Of a stretch of 64,000 nucleotides of DNA, positions 19,078 through 29,395 are shown piece after piece. The position numbers were made by a program, and so were the translations under genes. The stretch comes from Escherichia coli. GTDB lineage: Bacteria > Pseudomonadota > Gammaproteobacteria > Enterobacterales > Enterobacteriaceae. The stretch lies in NCBI RefSeq assembly GCF_009931435.1, contig NZ_CP043414.1; one strand, given 5' to 3'. Under the pieces are notes generated by a model, which did not search any database, was not told where the DNA came from, and worked only from the letters and a program-made list of their open reading frames with translations. Position 1 is the stretch's first letter; the number at the start of each line of letters is the position of its first letter.

Positions 19078-19656
19078 TTAGCGCACGGCAGCCATTGCCG
19101 GAAAATGGCGCGTGGTGCGAATCGGCAGCTGACGCAGTAAAAGCCAGACAATCACCGCTGTAAGAATTTTATCGACCAGGTTTGCGCCTATCACCGTAAT
19201 CGCCACCGACTCCACCAGGTTTTGCCCCATAGAGTGCATCCAGGCAACGAACAAATCGGCTCCGCTACCGGTGACACCGCCGAACAGCGCAGTACGCAGC
19301 GGTACAGCGACGACCGTTACTGCAAGCGTAATAATCACGCCGCTGACAACGACTTTTGGCAGGGTGCGAAACCAACCCGCTCGCGCCAGCCAACCGGCGA
19401 CCAGGCCAATAACCATCGCCACGGGGGCAAAGGCGGCGGCGATCGGGTCGGTGAGCAATCCCCAGAGTAAATTGGTCAGTAAGCCGGTCAGCATCCCGAT
19501 CACCGGACCAAGCAGTACCGCGCTAATAAGTGTGCCGATGGAGTCGAGAAATATAGGTAATTTGACCATGCTGGCCAGTTGCCCGCCAATCATATTGATG
19601 GCGATAGAGATAACAATCAACACCAGTGCTTGACTGGAAAAGTGGCGACGCGCCAT
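19078..19656 (-). CDS. ECF-type substrate-capture (S) component, specificity unknown
   Basis: 192 aa from ATG 19656, with RBS AGAGAGG. It has about 6 hydrophobic helices and the motif LPIFLDSIGTLISAVLLGPVIG typical of S components. Confidence 0.65.
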   Translation of the reverse strand: MARRHFSSQALVLIVISIAINMIGGQLASMVKLPIFLDSIGTLISAVLLGPVIGMLTGLLTNLLWGLLTDPIAAAFAPVAMVIGLVAGWLARAGWFRTLPKVVVSGVIITLAVTVVAVPLRTALFGGVTGSGADLFVAWMHSMGQNLVESVAITVIGANLVDKILTAVIVWLLLRQLPIRTTRHFPAMAAVR

Positions 19657-19678
19657 AAGAAAACCTCTCTGAAAGTAG

Positions 19679-20110
19679 TTATTTAACGGGGGAAATATGC
19701 AATTCGTCGTAACCAGAAAGCGCGCAAGGTTGGCGGCTAAACGCCAGCTCCTCAAGGCAGCCGATCACCAGTTCAAGCGTGGTCCGCACGGTACAGCCGG
19801 GCATCATATGACCGCCAAGCATCGTGCCGTGTGGATCGGAAACGCAGAGATGAAGATGTTCACCACTCTGTTCCAGTGTGCCGTTCAATGCGATGACTTC
19901 GAACTTACCGCTTAGTAGGGCCGTGTTTTCTTGCCCGGCATAGCGTAAGGCGACGTCAGTCAGACTGCCGGTACAACCTGCAATCCACGCGGCGTGGAGT
20001 TGTTGTTGCTGCGCGAAGGCGCGTAATTGGGAGAGAACTTCCTGCCCTGGGAGCAGGCGCAGCGCGTAAAAGCGTGCGGAGGAAGAATATGGGTAGGGCA
20101 ATGTCATCAT
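19679..20110 (-). CDS. PPC/DUF296-domain protein
   Basis: 143 aa containing the His-rich block GEHLHLCVSDPHGTMLGGHMM characteristic of PPC (DUF296). GGAG lies 7 nt upstream, and it is the first cistron of the operon. Confidence 0.65.
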   Translation of the reverse strand: MMTLPYPYSSSARFYALRLLPGQEVLSQLRAFAQQQQLHAAWIAGCTGSLTDVALRYAGQENTALLSGKFEVIALNGTLEQSGEHLHLCVSDPHGTMLGGHMMPGCTVRTTLELVIGCLEELAFSRQPCALSGYDELHISPVK

Positions 20111-20238
20111 TGGAGTACTCCGAAACTCGGACGTATTGCGGATAATATCGACGCTGCATCAGTCATATTCTGATATAAGTCAGGGTTTGTGACGGCACAA
20201 CGAAAAGATTTTGCTACGCTTATTCGTGATTCTGCAAA

Positions 20239-20254
20239 GTGGAATAAATTCCAC
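20239..20254. promoter_or_regulatory. 16-bp perfect palindrome GTGGAATAAATTCCAC, candidate operator
   Basis: A perfect inverted repeat in the divergent region between the PPC-ECF operon and epd. The half-site ATTCCAC recurs at 20323-20329. Confidence 0.35.
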
Positions 20255-20344
20255 AGGGGCGGGGATGAAAACGTGACGTAAGTCAGATAATTGTCTTCTT
20301 TGACTGGACAATCATTCCTTTTATTCCACGTTTCGCTTATCCTA

Positions 20345-20360
20345 GCTGAAGCGTTTCAGT
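20345..20360. promoter_or_regulatory. putative Cra (FruR) operator upstream of epd
   Basis: GCTGAAGCGTTTCAGT resembles the Cra consensus GCTGAAnCGnTTCA. It lies about 120 nt upstream of the epd ATG. Confidence 0.5.
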
Positions 20361-20481
20361 CGATTAAATGTTCGACAATTAACCAATCAGTCGCAGTTTG
20401 CGACAGGTAAGGTTTCCCCGGACGATTTGCTGGATTACTCTGTCTGGCAAATTTGCTCAGGGAAAACCTTGCAGGAGATCT

Positions 20482-21501
20482 ATGACCGTACGCGTAGCGA
20501 TAAATGGCTTCGGTCGCATCGGGCGTAATGTGGTTCGTGCTTTGTATGAATCCGGACGCCGGGCGGAAATTACCGTGGTGGCAATCAACGAACTGGCGGA
20601 TGCTGCGGGCATGGCGCATTTGTTGAAATATGACACCAGTCATGGCCGTTTTGCATGGGAAGTACGACAGGAACGCGATCAACTTTTTGTTGGTGATGAC
20701 GCCATCCGCGTATTGCATGAACGTTCACTGCAATCGCTCCCATGGCGTGAACTGGGCGTCGATGTGGTTCTCGACTGCACCGGCGTATATGGCTCCCGCG
20801 AGCATGGCGAAGCACATATTGCCGCCGGGGCCAAAAAAGTGCTCTTTTCACATCCTGGCAGTAACGATCTCGATGCGACCGTTGTTTACGGCGTCAATCA
20901 GGATCAACTTCGTGCGGAACACCGCATCGTTTCTAACGCTTCCTGTACCACGAATTGCATAATTCCCGTCATCAAATTGTTAGATGATGCGTACGGTATT
21001 GAGTCCGGCACTGTGACCACAATTCACTCCGCCATGCACGATCAACAGGTTATTGATGCATACCATCCTGACCTGCGTCGCACCCGGGCAGCCAGCCAGT
21101 CGATCATTCCGGTCGATACTAAACTGGCCGCCGGTATCACACGATTTTTTCCGCAATTTAACGATCGCTTTGAAGCGATTGCGGTACGTGTGCCAACCAT
21201 AAATGTGACGGCAATCGATTTAAGCGTGACGGTGAAGAAACCTGTAAAAGCCAATGAAGTCAACCTGTTGCTGCAAAAAGCAGCACAAGGTGCATTTCAT
21301 GGTATAGTTGACTATACGGAATTGCCGTTGGTCTCTGTAGATTTTAACCACGATCCGCACAGTGCCATTGTCGATGGCACCCAAACCCGGGTCAGTGGCG
21401 CACACCTGATCAAAACGTTGGTCTGGTGCGATAACGAATGGGGCTTTGCTAACCGAATGCTCGACACGACGTTAGCTATGGCTACTGTTGCTTTCAGGTA
21501 A
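20482..21501 (+). CDS. epd: D-erythrose-4-phosphate dehydrogenase
   Basis: 339 aa from ATG 20482 ([15 protein letters not shown]), with the catalytic SNASCTTNC motif. Confidence 0.95.
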
Positions 21502-21550
21502 GACGCAAGCAGCGTCTGCAAAACTTTTAGAATCAACGAGAGGATTCACC

Positions 21551-22714
21551 ATGTCTGTAATTAAGATGACCGATCTGGATCTTGCTGGGAAACGTGTATT
21601 TATCCGTGCGGATCTGAACGTACCAGTAAAAGACGGGAAAGTAACCAGCGACGCGCGTATCCGTGCTTCTCTGCCGACCATCGAACTGGCCCTGAAACAA
21701 GGCGCGAAAGTGATGGTAACTTCCCACCTGGGTCGTCCTACCGAAGGCGAGTACAACGAAGAATTCTCTCTGCTGCCGGTTGTTAACTACCTGAAAGACA
21801 AACTGTCTAACCCGGTTCGTCTGGTTAAAGATTACCTCGACGGCGTTGACGTTGCTGAAGGTGAACTGGTTGTTCTGGAAAACGTTCGCTTCAACAAAGG
21901 CGAGAAGAAAGACGACGAAACTCTGTCCAAAAAATATGCTGCACTGTGTGACGTGTTCGTAATGGACGCATTCGGTACTGCTCACCGCGCGCAGGCTTCT
22001 ACTCACGGTATCGGTAAATTCGCTGATGTTGCGTGCGCAGGCCCGCTGCTGGCAGCTGAACTGGACGCGCTGGGTAAAGCACTGAAAGAACCTGCTCGCC
22101 CGATGGTGGCTATCGTTGGTGGTTCTAAAGTATCTACCAAACTGACCGTTCTGGATTCCCTGTCCAAAATCGCTGACCAGCTGATCGTGGGTGGTGGTAT
22201 CGCTAACACCTTTATCGCGGCACAAGGCCACGATGTGGGTAAATCCCTGTACGAAGCTGACCTGGTTGACGAAGCAAAACGTCTGCTGACCACCTGCAAC
22301 ATTCCGGTTCCGTCTGACGTTCGCGTAGCAACTGAGTTCTCTGAAACTGCACCGGCTACCCTGAAATCTGTTAACGATGTGAAAGCTGACGAGCAGATCC
22401 TGGATATCGGCGATGCTTCTGCGCAGGAACTGGCTGAAATCCTGAAGAATGCGAAAACCATTCTGTGGAACGGCCCGGTTGGCGTGTTCGAATTCCCGAA
22501 CTTCCGCAAAGGTACTGAAATCGTGGCTAACGCTATCGCAGACAGCGAAGCGTTCTCCATCGCTGGTGGCGGTGACACTCTGGCAGCAATCGACCTGTTC
22601 GGCATTGCTGACAAAATCTCCTACATCTCCACTGGCGGCGGCGCATTCCTCGAATTCGTGGAAGGTAAAGTACTGCCTGCAGTAGCGATGCTCGAAGAGC
22701 GCGCTAAGAAGTAA
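21551..22714 (+). CDS. pgk: phosphoglycerate kinase
   Basis: 387 aa from ATG 21551 ([25 protein letters not shown]). Confidence 0.97.
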
Positions 22715-22776
22715 AAAATCACAGGGCAGGGAAACCTGCCCTTGTTGCAGCGCGCTTTTAGAGCACGCATTTTTTC

Positions 22777-22902
22777 ATACTCTAAATAATTCGAGTTGCA
22801 GGAAGGCGACAAGAGAGTGAATCCTCAGGAGCTTACATAAGTAAGTGACTGGGGGGAGCGAACGCAGACGCAGCACATGCAACTTGAAGTATGACGAGTA
22901 TA
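22777..22902. repeat. ERIC/IRU element (126 bp) in the pgk-fbaA spacer
   Basis: It contains sequences closely resembling both ERIC-PCR primer regions as I remember them: AAGTAAGTGACTGGGGGGAGCG and, in reverse complement, GTAAGCTCCTGAGGATTCAC. It is 123/126 identical to the reverse complement of 34763-34888. Confidence 0.9.
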
Positions 22903-22928
22903 AGGCCCGACGATACAGGACAAGAGAC

Positions 22929-24008
22929 ATGTCTAAGATTTTTGATTTCGTAAAACCTGGCGTAATCACTGGTGATGACGTACAGAAAGTTTTCCAGGTA
23001 GCAAAAGAAAACAACTTCGCACTGCCAGCAGTAAACTGCGTCGGTACTGACTCCATCAACGCCGTACTGGAAACCGCGGCTAAAGTTAAAGCGCCGGTTA
23101 TCGTTCAGTTCTCCAACGGTGGTGCTTCCTTTATCGCTGGTAAAGGCGTGAAATCTGACGTTCCGCAGGGTGCTGCTATCCTGGGTGCGATCTCTGGTGC
23201 GCATCACGTTCACCAGATGGCTGAACACTATGGTGTTCCGGTTATCCTGCACACCGACCACTGCGCGAAAAAACTGCTGCCGTGGATCGACGGTCTGCTG
23301 GACGCGGGTGAAAAACACTTCGCAGCTACCGGTAAGCCGCTGTTCTCTTCTCACATGATCGACCTGTCTGAAGAATCTCTGCAAGAGAACATCGAAATCT
23401 GCTCTAAATACCTGGAGCGTATGTCCAAAATCGGCATGACTCTGGAAATCGAACTGGGTTGCACCGGTGGTGAAGAAGACGGCGTGGACAACAGCCACAT
23501 GGACGCTTCTGCACTGTACACCCAGCCGGAAGACGTTGATTACGCATACACTGAGCTGAGCAAAATCAGCCCGCGCTTCACCATCGCAGCGTCCTTCGGT
23601 AACGTACACGGCGTATACAAGCCGGGTAACGTTGTTCTGACTCCGACCATCCTGCGTGACTCTCAGGAATATGTTTCCAAGAAACACAACCTGCCGCACA
23701 ACAGCCTGAACTTCGTATTCCACGGCGGTTCCGGTTCTACTGCTCAGGAAATCAAAGACTCCGTAAGCTACGGCGTAGTGAAAATGAACATCGATACCGA
23801 TACCCAATGGGCAACCTGGGAAGGTGTTCTGAACTATTACAAAGCGAACGAAGCTTATCTGCAGGGTCAGCTGGGTAACCCGAAAGGCGAAGATCAGCCG
23901 AACAAGAAATACTACGATCCGCGCGTATGGCTGCGTGCCGGTCAGACTTCGATGATCGCTCGTCTGGAAAAAGCATTCCAGGAACTGAACGCGATCGACG
24001 TTCTGTAA
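22929..24008 (+). CDS. fbaA: class II fructose-bisphosphate aldolase
   Basis: 359 aa from ATG 22929 (MSKIFDFVKPGVITGDD). The ORF-track start at 22845 lies inside the ERIC element. Confidence 0.97.
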   Translation: MSKIFDFVKPGVITGDDVQKVFQVAKENNFALPAVNCVGTDSINAVLETAAKVKAPVIVQFSNGGASFIAGKGVKSDVPQGAAILGAISGAHHVHQMAEHYGVPVILHTDHCAKKLLPWIDGLLDAGEKHFAATGKPLFSSHMIDLSEESLQENIEICSKYLERMSKIGMTLEIELGCTGGEEDGVDNSHMDASALYTQPEDVDYAYTELSKISPRFTIAASFGNVHGVYKPGNVVLTPTILRDSQEYVSKKHNLPHNSLNFVFHGGSGSTAQEIKDSVSYGVVKMNIDTDTQWATWEGVLNYYKANEAYLQGQLGNPKGEDQPNKKYYDPRVWLRAGQTSMIARLEKAFQELNAIDVL

Positions 24009-24030
24009 GATATTCCTTTCTGCTTACCTC

Positions 24031-24056
24031 AAGGCCCGCTCTGCGGGTCTTTTTTT
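24031..24056 (+). terminator. fbaA rho-independent terminator
   Basis: AAGGCCCGC-TCT-GCGGGTCTT forms a 9-bp stem followed by a T-tract. Confidence 0.8.
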
Positions 24057-24071
24057 CGCCAAAAGCAAAAT

Positions 24072-24171
24072 TGCCTGATGCGCTACGCTTATCAGGCCTA
24101 CATGTATCCTGCAATATACTGAATTTACAGGCTTTTGTAGGCTGGATAAGGCGTTCACGCCGCATCCGGCA
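24072..24171. repeat. BIME-1 type REP pair
   Basis: TGCCTGATGCGCTACGCTTATCAGGCCTACA and TGTAGGCTGGATAAGGCGTTCACGCCGCATCCGGCA flank an AT-rich spacer. Confidence 0.9.
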
Positions 24172-24200
24172 TGACAAAGTGCACATTGATATCTGTCTGA

Positions 24201-24223
24201 GCCCCGCTCTGCGGATCTTTTTT
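24201..24223 (+). repeat. degenerate second copy of the fbaA terminator
   Basis: GCCCCGCTCTGCGGATCTTTTTT shares the core CCCGCTCTGCGG and TCTTTTTT with 24035-24056. Its stem is weaker. Confidence 0.7.
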
Positions 24224-24365
24224 CACCATAAGCAAGGTGATGCAGATGAGAAATCTGTGATCTATTTGGCAAAATTATGCTTTATTGTTTACCCTTGTCA
24301 GACTGCCCGTCATAAGGCGGCGGAGTGTATTTCTCCATTTTGAGTCAGTTGAAAAGGAATATTGA

Positions 24366-25226
<861 letters not shown>

Positions 25227-25364
25227 TCAACGCTGAGGCCAGATAATACTCTCTGGCCTCTCTCTTATTAGTTTTTCTGATTGCCAATTAATATTATCAA
25301 TTTCCGCTAATAACAATCCCGCGATATAGTCTCTGCATCAGATACTTAATTCGGAATATCCAAC

Positions 25365-26000
25365 GTGTTTTCTTATTATTTTCAAGGTCTTGCACTTGGG
25401 GCGGCTATGATCCTACCGCTCGGTCCACAAAATGCTTTTGTGATGAATCAGGGCATACGTCGTCAGTACCACATTATGATTGCCTTACTTTGTGCTATCA
25501 GCGATTTGGTCCTGATTTGCGCCGGGATTTTTGGTGGCAGTGCGTTATTGATGCAGTCGCCGTGGTTGCTTGCGCTGGTCACCTGGGGCGGCGTAGCCTT
25601 CTTGCTGTGGTATGGTTTTGGCGCTTTTAAAACAGCAATGAGCAGTAATATTGAGTTAGCCAGTGCCGAAGTCCTGAAGCAAGGCAGATGGAAAATTATC
25701 GCCACCATGTTGGCAGTGACCTGGCTGAATCCGCATGTTTACCTGGATACTTTTGTTGTACTGGGCAGCCTTGGTGGGCAGCTTGACGTCGAACCAAAAC
25801 GTTGGTTTGCGCTCGGGACAATTAGCGCCTCTTTCCTGTGGTTCTTTGGTCTGGCTCTTCTCGCAGCCTGGCTGGCACCGCGCCTGCGCACGGCAAAATC
25901 ACAGCGCATTATCAATCTGGTAGTGGGATGTGTTATGTGGTTTATTGCCTTGCAGCTGGCGAGAGACGGTATTGCGCATGCACAAGCCTTGTTCAGTTAG
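25365..26000 (+). CDS. argO: arginine exporter (LysE family)
   Basis: 211 aa with a GTG start ([23 protein letters not shown]). Confidence 0.95.
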   Translation: MFSYYFQGLALGAAMILPLGPQNAFVMNQGIRRQYHIMIALLCAISDLVLICAGIFGGSALLMQSPWLLALVTWGGVAFLLWYGFGAFKTAMSSNIELASAEVLKQGRWKIIATMLAVTWLNPHVYLDTFVVLGSLGGQLDVEPKRWFALGTISASFLWFFGLALLAAWLAPRLRTAKSQRIINLVVGCVMWFIALQLARDGIAHAQALFS

Positions 26001-26092
26001 GCGCTATCTGATGGAAAAATAAAACAGAGGCGCTAAGCTTGCCTCCAGAGGTCCTGAATTTTGGGCAAGTCAATTAACACGGAGAGACTAAC

Positions 26093-26833
26093 GTGAAGTT
26101 CAAAGTTATCGCCCTGGCGGCATTAATGGGTATTAGCGGGATGGCAGCGCAGGCTAACGAATTGCCGGATGGACCGCATATTGTCACCTCCGGTACGGCA
26201 AGCGTGGATGCGGTGCCAGACATTGCCACTCTTGCGATTGAAGTCAACGTGGCCGCGAAGGATGCCGCTACTGCCAAGAAACAGGCGGATGAGCGCGTCG
26301 CACAATACATTTCCTTCCTTGAACTCAATCAGATCGCGAAAAAAGATATCAGCTCAGCGAACTTACGCACCCAGCCAGATTATGATTATCAGGATGGTAA
26401 AAGTATCCTGAAAGGCTACCGTGCTGTGAGAACGGTGGAAGTCACGCTCCGTCAGTTAGACAAACTGAATTCCTTGCTGGATGGTGCGCTGAAGGCGGGT
26501 CTTAACGAAATTCGTTCTGTATCGCTGGGCGTGGCGCAGCCGGATGCCTATAAAGACAAAGCGCGTAAGGCAGCGATTGATAACGCGATTCATCAGGCGC
26601 AGGAACTGGCGAACGGCTTTCATCGTAAACTAGGGCCGGTATATAGCGTGCGCTACCATGTTTCCAACTATCAGCCCAGCCCAATGGTGCGGATGATGAA
26701 AGCCGATGCCGCGCCGGTCTCAGCCCAGGAAACTTACGAGCAGGCTGCTATTCAGTTTGATGATCAGGTCGATGTGGTCTTCCAGTTAGAACCTGTGGAT
26801 CAACAACCCGCTAAAACACCTGCCGCACAATAA
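26093..26833 (+). CDS. yggE: periplasmic SIMPL/DUF541 protein YggE
   Basis: 246 aa with a GTG start and signal peptide MKFKVIALAALMGISGMAAQA. Confidence 0.9.
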   Translation: MKFKVIALAALMGISGMAAQANELPDGPHIVTSGTASVDAVPDIATLAIEVNVAAKDAATAKKQADERVAQYISFLELNQIAKKDISSANLRTQPDYDYQDGKSILKGYRAVRTVEVTLRQLDKLNSLLDGALKAGLNEIRSVSLGVAQPDAYKDKARKAAIDNAIHQAQELANGFHRKLGPVYSVRYHVSNYQPSPMVRMMKADAAPVSAQETYEQAAIQFDDQVDVVFQLEPVDQQPAKTPAAQ

Positions 26834-27000
26834 TACTTGTAGCCCGACGTATTGGTCGGGCTAATGCCTTTACCCGATATTGCCTCCTTTTTCTGTAATT
26901 TTCTGTAAAACCATGACGTAATCACCTATCTTTGCTCGCGGTTTCATCAAGGATAGGCTAACTGAAACGGTTAAGCGGACAAGGATGCGGGGGAGCTGGG

Positions 27001-27897
27001 ATGGACATTTTTATTTCGAAAAAGATGCGCAATTTCATTTTATTAGCGCAAACTAATAATATTGCCCGGGCGGCAGAAAAAATCCATATGACGGCTTCGC
27101 CATTTGGCAAAAGCATTGCCGCGCTGGAAGAACAAATTGGCTATACGCTATTTACCCGCAAAGATAATAATATCAGCCTCAATAAAGCCGGGCAGGAACT
27201 GTATCAAAAACTGTTCCCGGTTTATCAACGGCTTTCTGCGATTGATAATGAAATCCATAACTCAGGACGTCGTTCACGAGAAATTGTGATAGGCATAGAT
27301 AATACTTATCCGACCATTATTTTTGATCAGTTGATTAGTCTCGGAGATAAGTACGAAGGCGTGACCGCCCAGCCAGTTGAGTTCAGCGAAAACGGCGTTA
27401 TCGATAATCTTTTTGACCGTCAGTTAGATTTTATAATCTCCCCACAGCATGTATCTGCACGAGTTCAGGAACTGGAAAATCTGACTATCAGTGAACTACC
27501 ACCGCTGCGATTGGGCTTTCTCGTTTCTCGCCGTTATGAAGAGCGACAAGAGCAAGAGTTGCTTCAGGAGCTACCCTGGCTACAAATGCGCTTTCAGAAC
27601 CGGGCCAACTTCGAAGCAATGATTGATGCGAATATGCGTCCTTGTGGGATCAATCCCACCATTATTTATCGACCTTACAGTTTTATGGCCAAAATCAGCG
27701 CCGTGGAGCGCGGACATTTTCTGACGGTGATCCCGCATTTTGCCTGGCGACTGGTGAATCCGGCAACGCTGAAATATTTTGATGCGCCGCACAGGCCGAT
27801 GTATATGCAGGAATATCTTTATTCAATCAGAAATCATCGTTATACCGCCACGATGCTTCAGCATATTGCTGAAGATCGTGACGGGACGAGTCATTAA
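27001..27897 (+). CDS. ygfI: LysR-family transcriptional regulator YgfI
   Basis: 298 aa with an N-terminal wHTH (NIARAAEKIHMTASPFGKSIAALEEQIG). The gene is AT-rich. Confidence 0.85.
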   Translation: MDIFISKKMRNFILLAQTNNIARAAEKIHMTASPFGKSIAALEEQIGYTLFTRKDNNISLNKAGQELYQKLFPVYQRLSAIDNEIHNSGRRSREIVIGIDNTYPTIIFDQLISLGDKYEGVTAQPVEFSENGVIDNLFDRQLDFIISPQHVSARVQELENLTISELPPLRLGFLVSRRYEERQEQELLQELPWLQMRFQNRANFEAMIDANMRPCGINPTIIYRPYSFMAKISAVERGHFLTVIPHFAWRLVNPATLKYFDAPHRPMYMQEYLYSIRNHRYTATMLQHIAEDRDGTSH

Positions 27898-29372
27898 CCC
27901 AGCATCGAGCCGGTTGCAATTAAATTACGGTGTAAATCGAAGACGTGGCTAAGATCGTGGTGAATATGTCCGCCGGGCGCATTTTCCAGATAGCGATGCA
28001 GATAATCCCGATACATAGGATGTGCACAATTATCAATGATGGTGCGGGCGCGTTGAAGCGGGGAAAGACCACGCAGATCGGCGATCCCTTGTTCGGTGAT
28101 GATCACTTTGACGCTGTGTTCGCTGTGATCAACATGGCTGCACATTGGCACGACGGTTGAGATCTTGCCTTCTTTAGCAATCGACGGGGCCATAAAGATC
28201 GACAGATACGCGTTGCGTTCAAAATCACCGCTGCCACCGATGCCGTTCATCAGATCGACCCCGGCTACGTGCGTTGAGTTGGCATGCCCGTAAATATCAA
28301 ACTCCAGGCCGACGTTCAGAGCGATGACGCCCAGACGACGGATGATTTCCGGGTTATTGGAAATCTCCTGCGGACGCAACACAATGCGGCTGGCAAAGTA
28401 ATCCATATTGTCGTAAATCTTGCGCAGGGAATCGGCCGAGATAGTCAGGCTGGAGGCGCTGGCCCCGCTGATTTTGCCCGTTTCCAGTAAATGCACCACC
28501 GATTCCTGTAGCACTTCCGAATACATCATGAACGGAGGAATTTCCGGGTTTTCCCCTAGTCGCGCCATGACTGCATTATTGATATTGCCCACGCCACTTT
28601 GCAGCGGCAGAAATTCCGGCGGAATACGCCCATGCGCCATTTCCTGCAACAAGAACGTGACCACGTTATCGGCAATCTGCTGGCACATGGGATTTTGCTT
28701 ATCCAGCATATTACCGGCGTCGGGCAAGTTGGTTTCCACGACGGCGACAATCTTTTTCGGATCGATTTGCACATAGCGGGTACCGACGCGATCCATTGCA
28801 TGGAAGATCGACACGCTATTGCGCCGCGGTGGCGCGCCAGGAATCACAATATCCGCCAGTTCTGCAACGCGCGGATCGTGATAGTGATTGAGTTCAATGA
28901 TCACTTTCTTCGCCCGCAGCAGCCAGGTCGGCGCATTACCGATCCCGCTGGTTAACCAGACTCGACCATCCGGTGCCAGTGCCGATGCTTCAATGACGGC
29001 AACATCAATTTCGCCGAAGAAACCGTAATTGACCATTTGCGCCACTTCGCTCAAATGCAGGTCAACGAAACTCACCGCGCCCTGATTGATCTTTTTACGT
29101 AAACCGGACGATGTTTGATATGGCGCACGCCAGGAAACAGCATCGGCGTCAGAAAGTACATCGTCAGCGGCGGCGCTGATTGACGCCCCCGTCAGTAGGC
29201 GGATTTGATACGGCTTTTTGGCCTCATGCTGTTCGTTAGCTCTGCGGGCAATGGCGGTGGGAAGGGCTTTCGGCGAACCCGCCGGGGTAAAGCCGCTAAA
29301 TGCCACCATGTCGTTATGCTGGATAATTTCTGCCGCTTCATCGGCGGTCATCCTTGTCCACTGAGTTTCCAT
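27894..29372 (-). CDS. scpC: propionyl-CoA:succinate CoA-transferase
   Basis: 492 aa of the acetyl-CoA hydrolase/transferase family. It is the last gene of the scpA-argK-scpB-scpC operon. Confidence 0.93.
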   Translation of the reverse strand: METQWTRMTADEAAEIIQHNDMVAFSGFTPAGSPKALPTAIARRANEQHEAKKPYQIRLLTGASISAAADDVLSDADAVSWRAPYQTSSGLRKKINQGAVSFVDLHLSEVAQMVNYGFFGEIDVAVIEASALAPDGRVWLTSGIGNAPTWLLRAKKVIIELNHYHDPRVAELADIVIPGAPPRRNSVSIFHAMDRVGTRYVQIDPKKIVAVVETNLPDAGNMLDKQNPMCQQIADNVVTFLLQEMAHGRIPPEFLPLQSGVGNINNAVMARLGENPEIPPFMMYSEVLQESVVHLLETGKISGASASSLTISADSLRKIYDNMDYFASRIVLRPQEISNNPEIIRRLGVIALNVGLEFDIYGHANSTHVAGVDLMNGIGGSGDFERNAYLSIFMAPSIAKEGKISTVVPMCSHVDHSEHSVKVIITEQGIADLRGLSPLQRARTIIDNCAHPMYRDYLHRYLENAPGGHIHHDLSHVFDLHRNLIATGSMLG

Positions 29373-29395
29373 TTTTACTCCTTCGTTCGCAGGGA

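Noticed and set aside
20176-20286. 8-bp direct repeat TAAGTCAG (20176-20183 and 20279-20286), considered as a possible island junction or target duplication.
   Set aside because: About one repeated 8-mer is expected by chance in a spacer of about 370 bp, and neither copy sits at a demonstrable homology breakpoint.
20111-20300. Searched the 5' leader of the PPC-ECF operon (minus strand) for a TPP (THI-box) or other vitamin riboswitch.
   Set aside because: I could not find the conserved CTGAGA / ACCTGATCTGGATAATGCCAGCG-type THI-box blocks or other riboswitch cores by eye. This is only a visual check; an Infernal/Rfam scan would be decisive.
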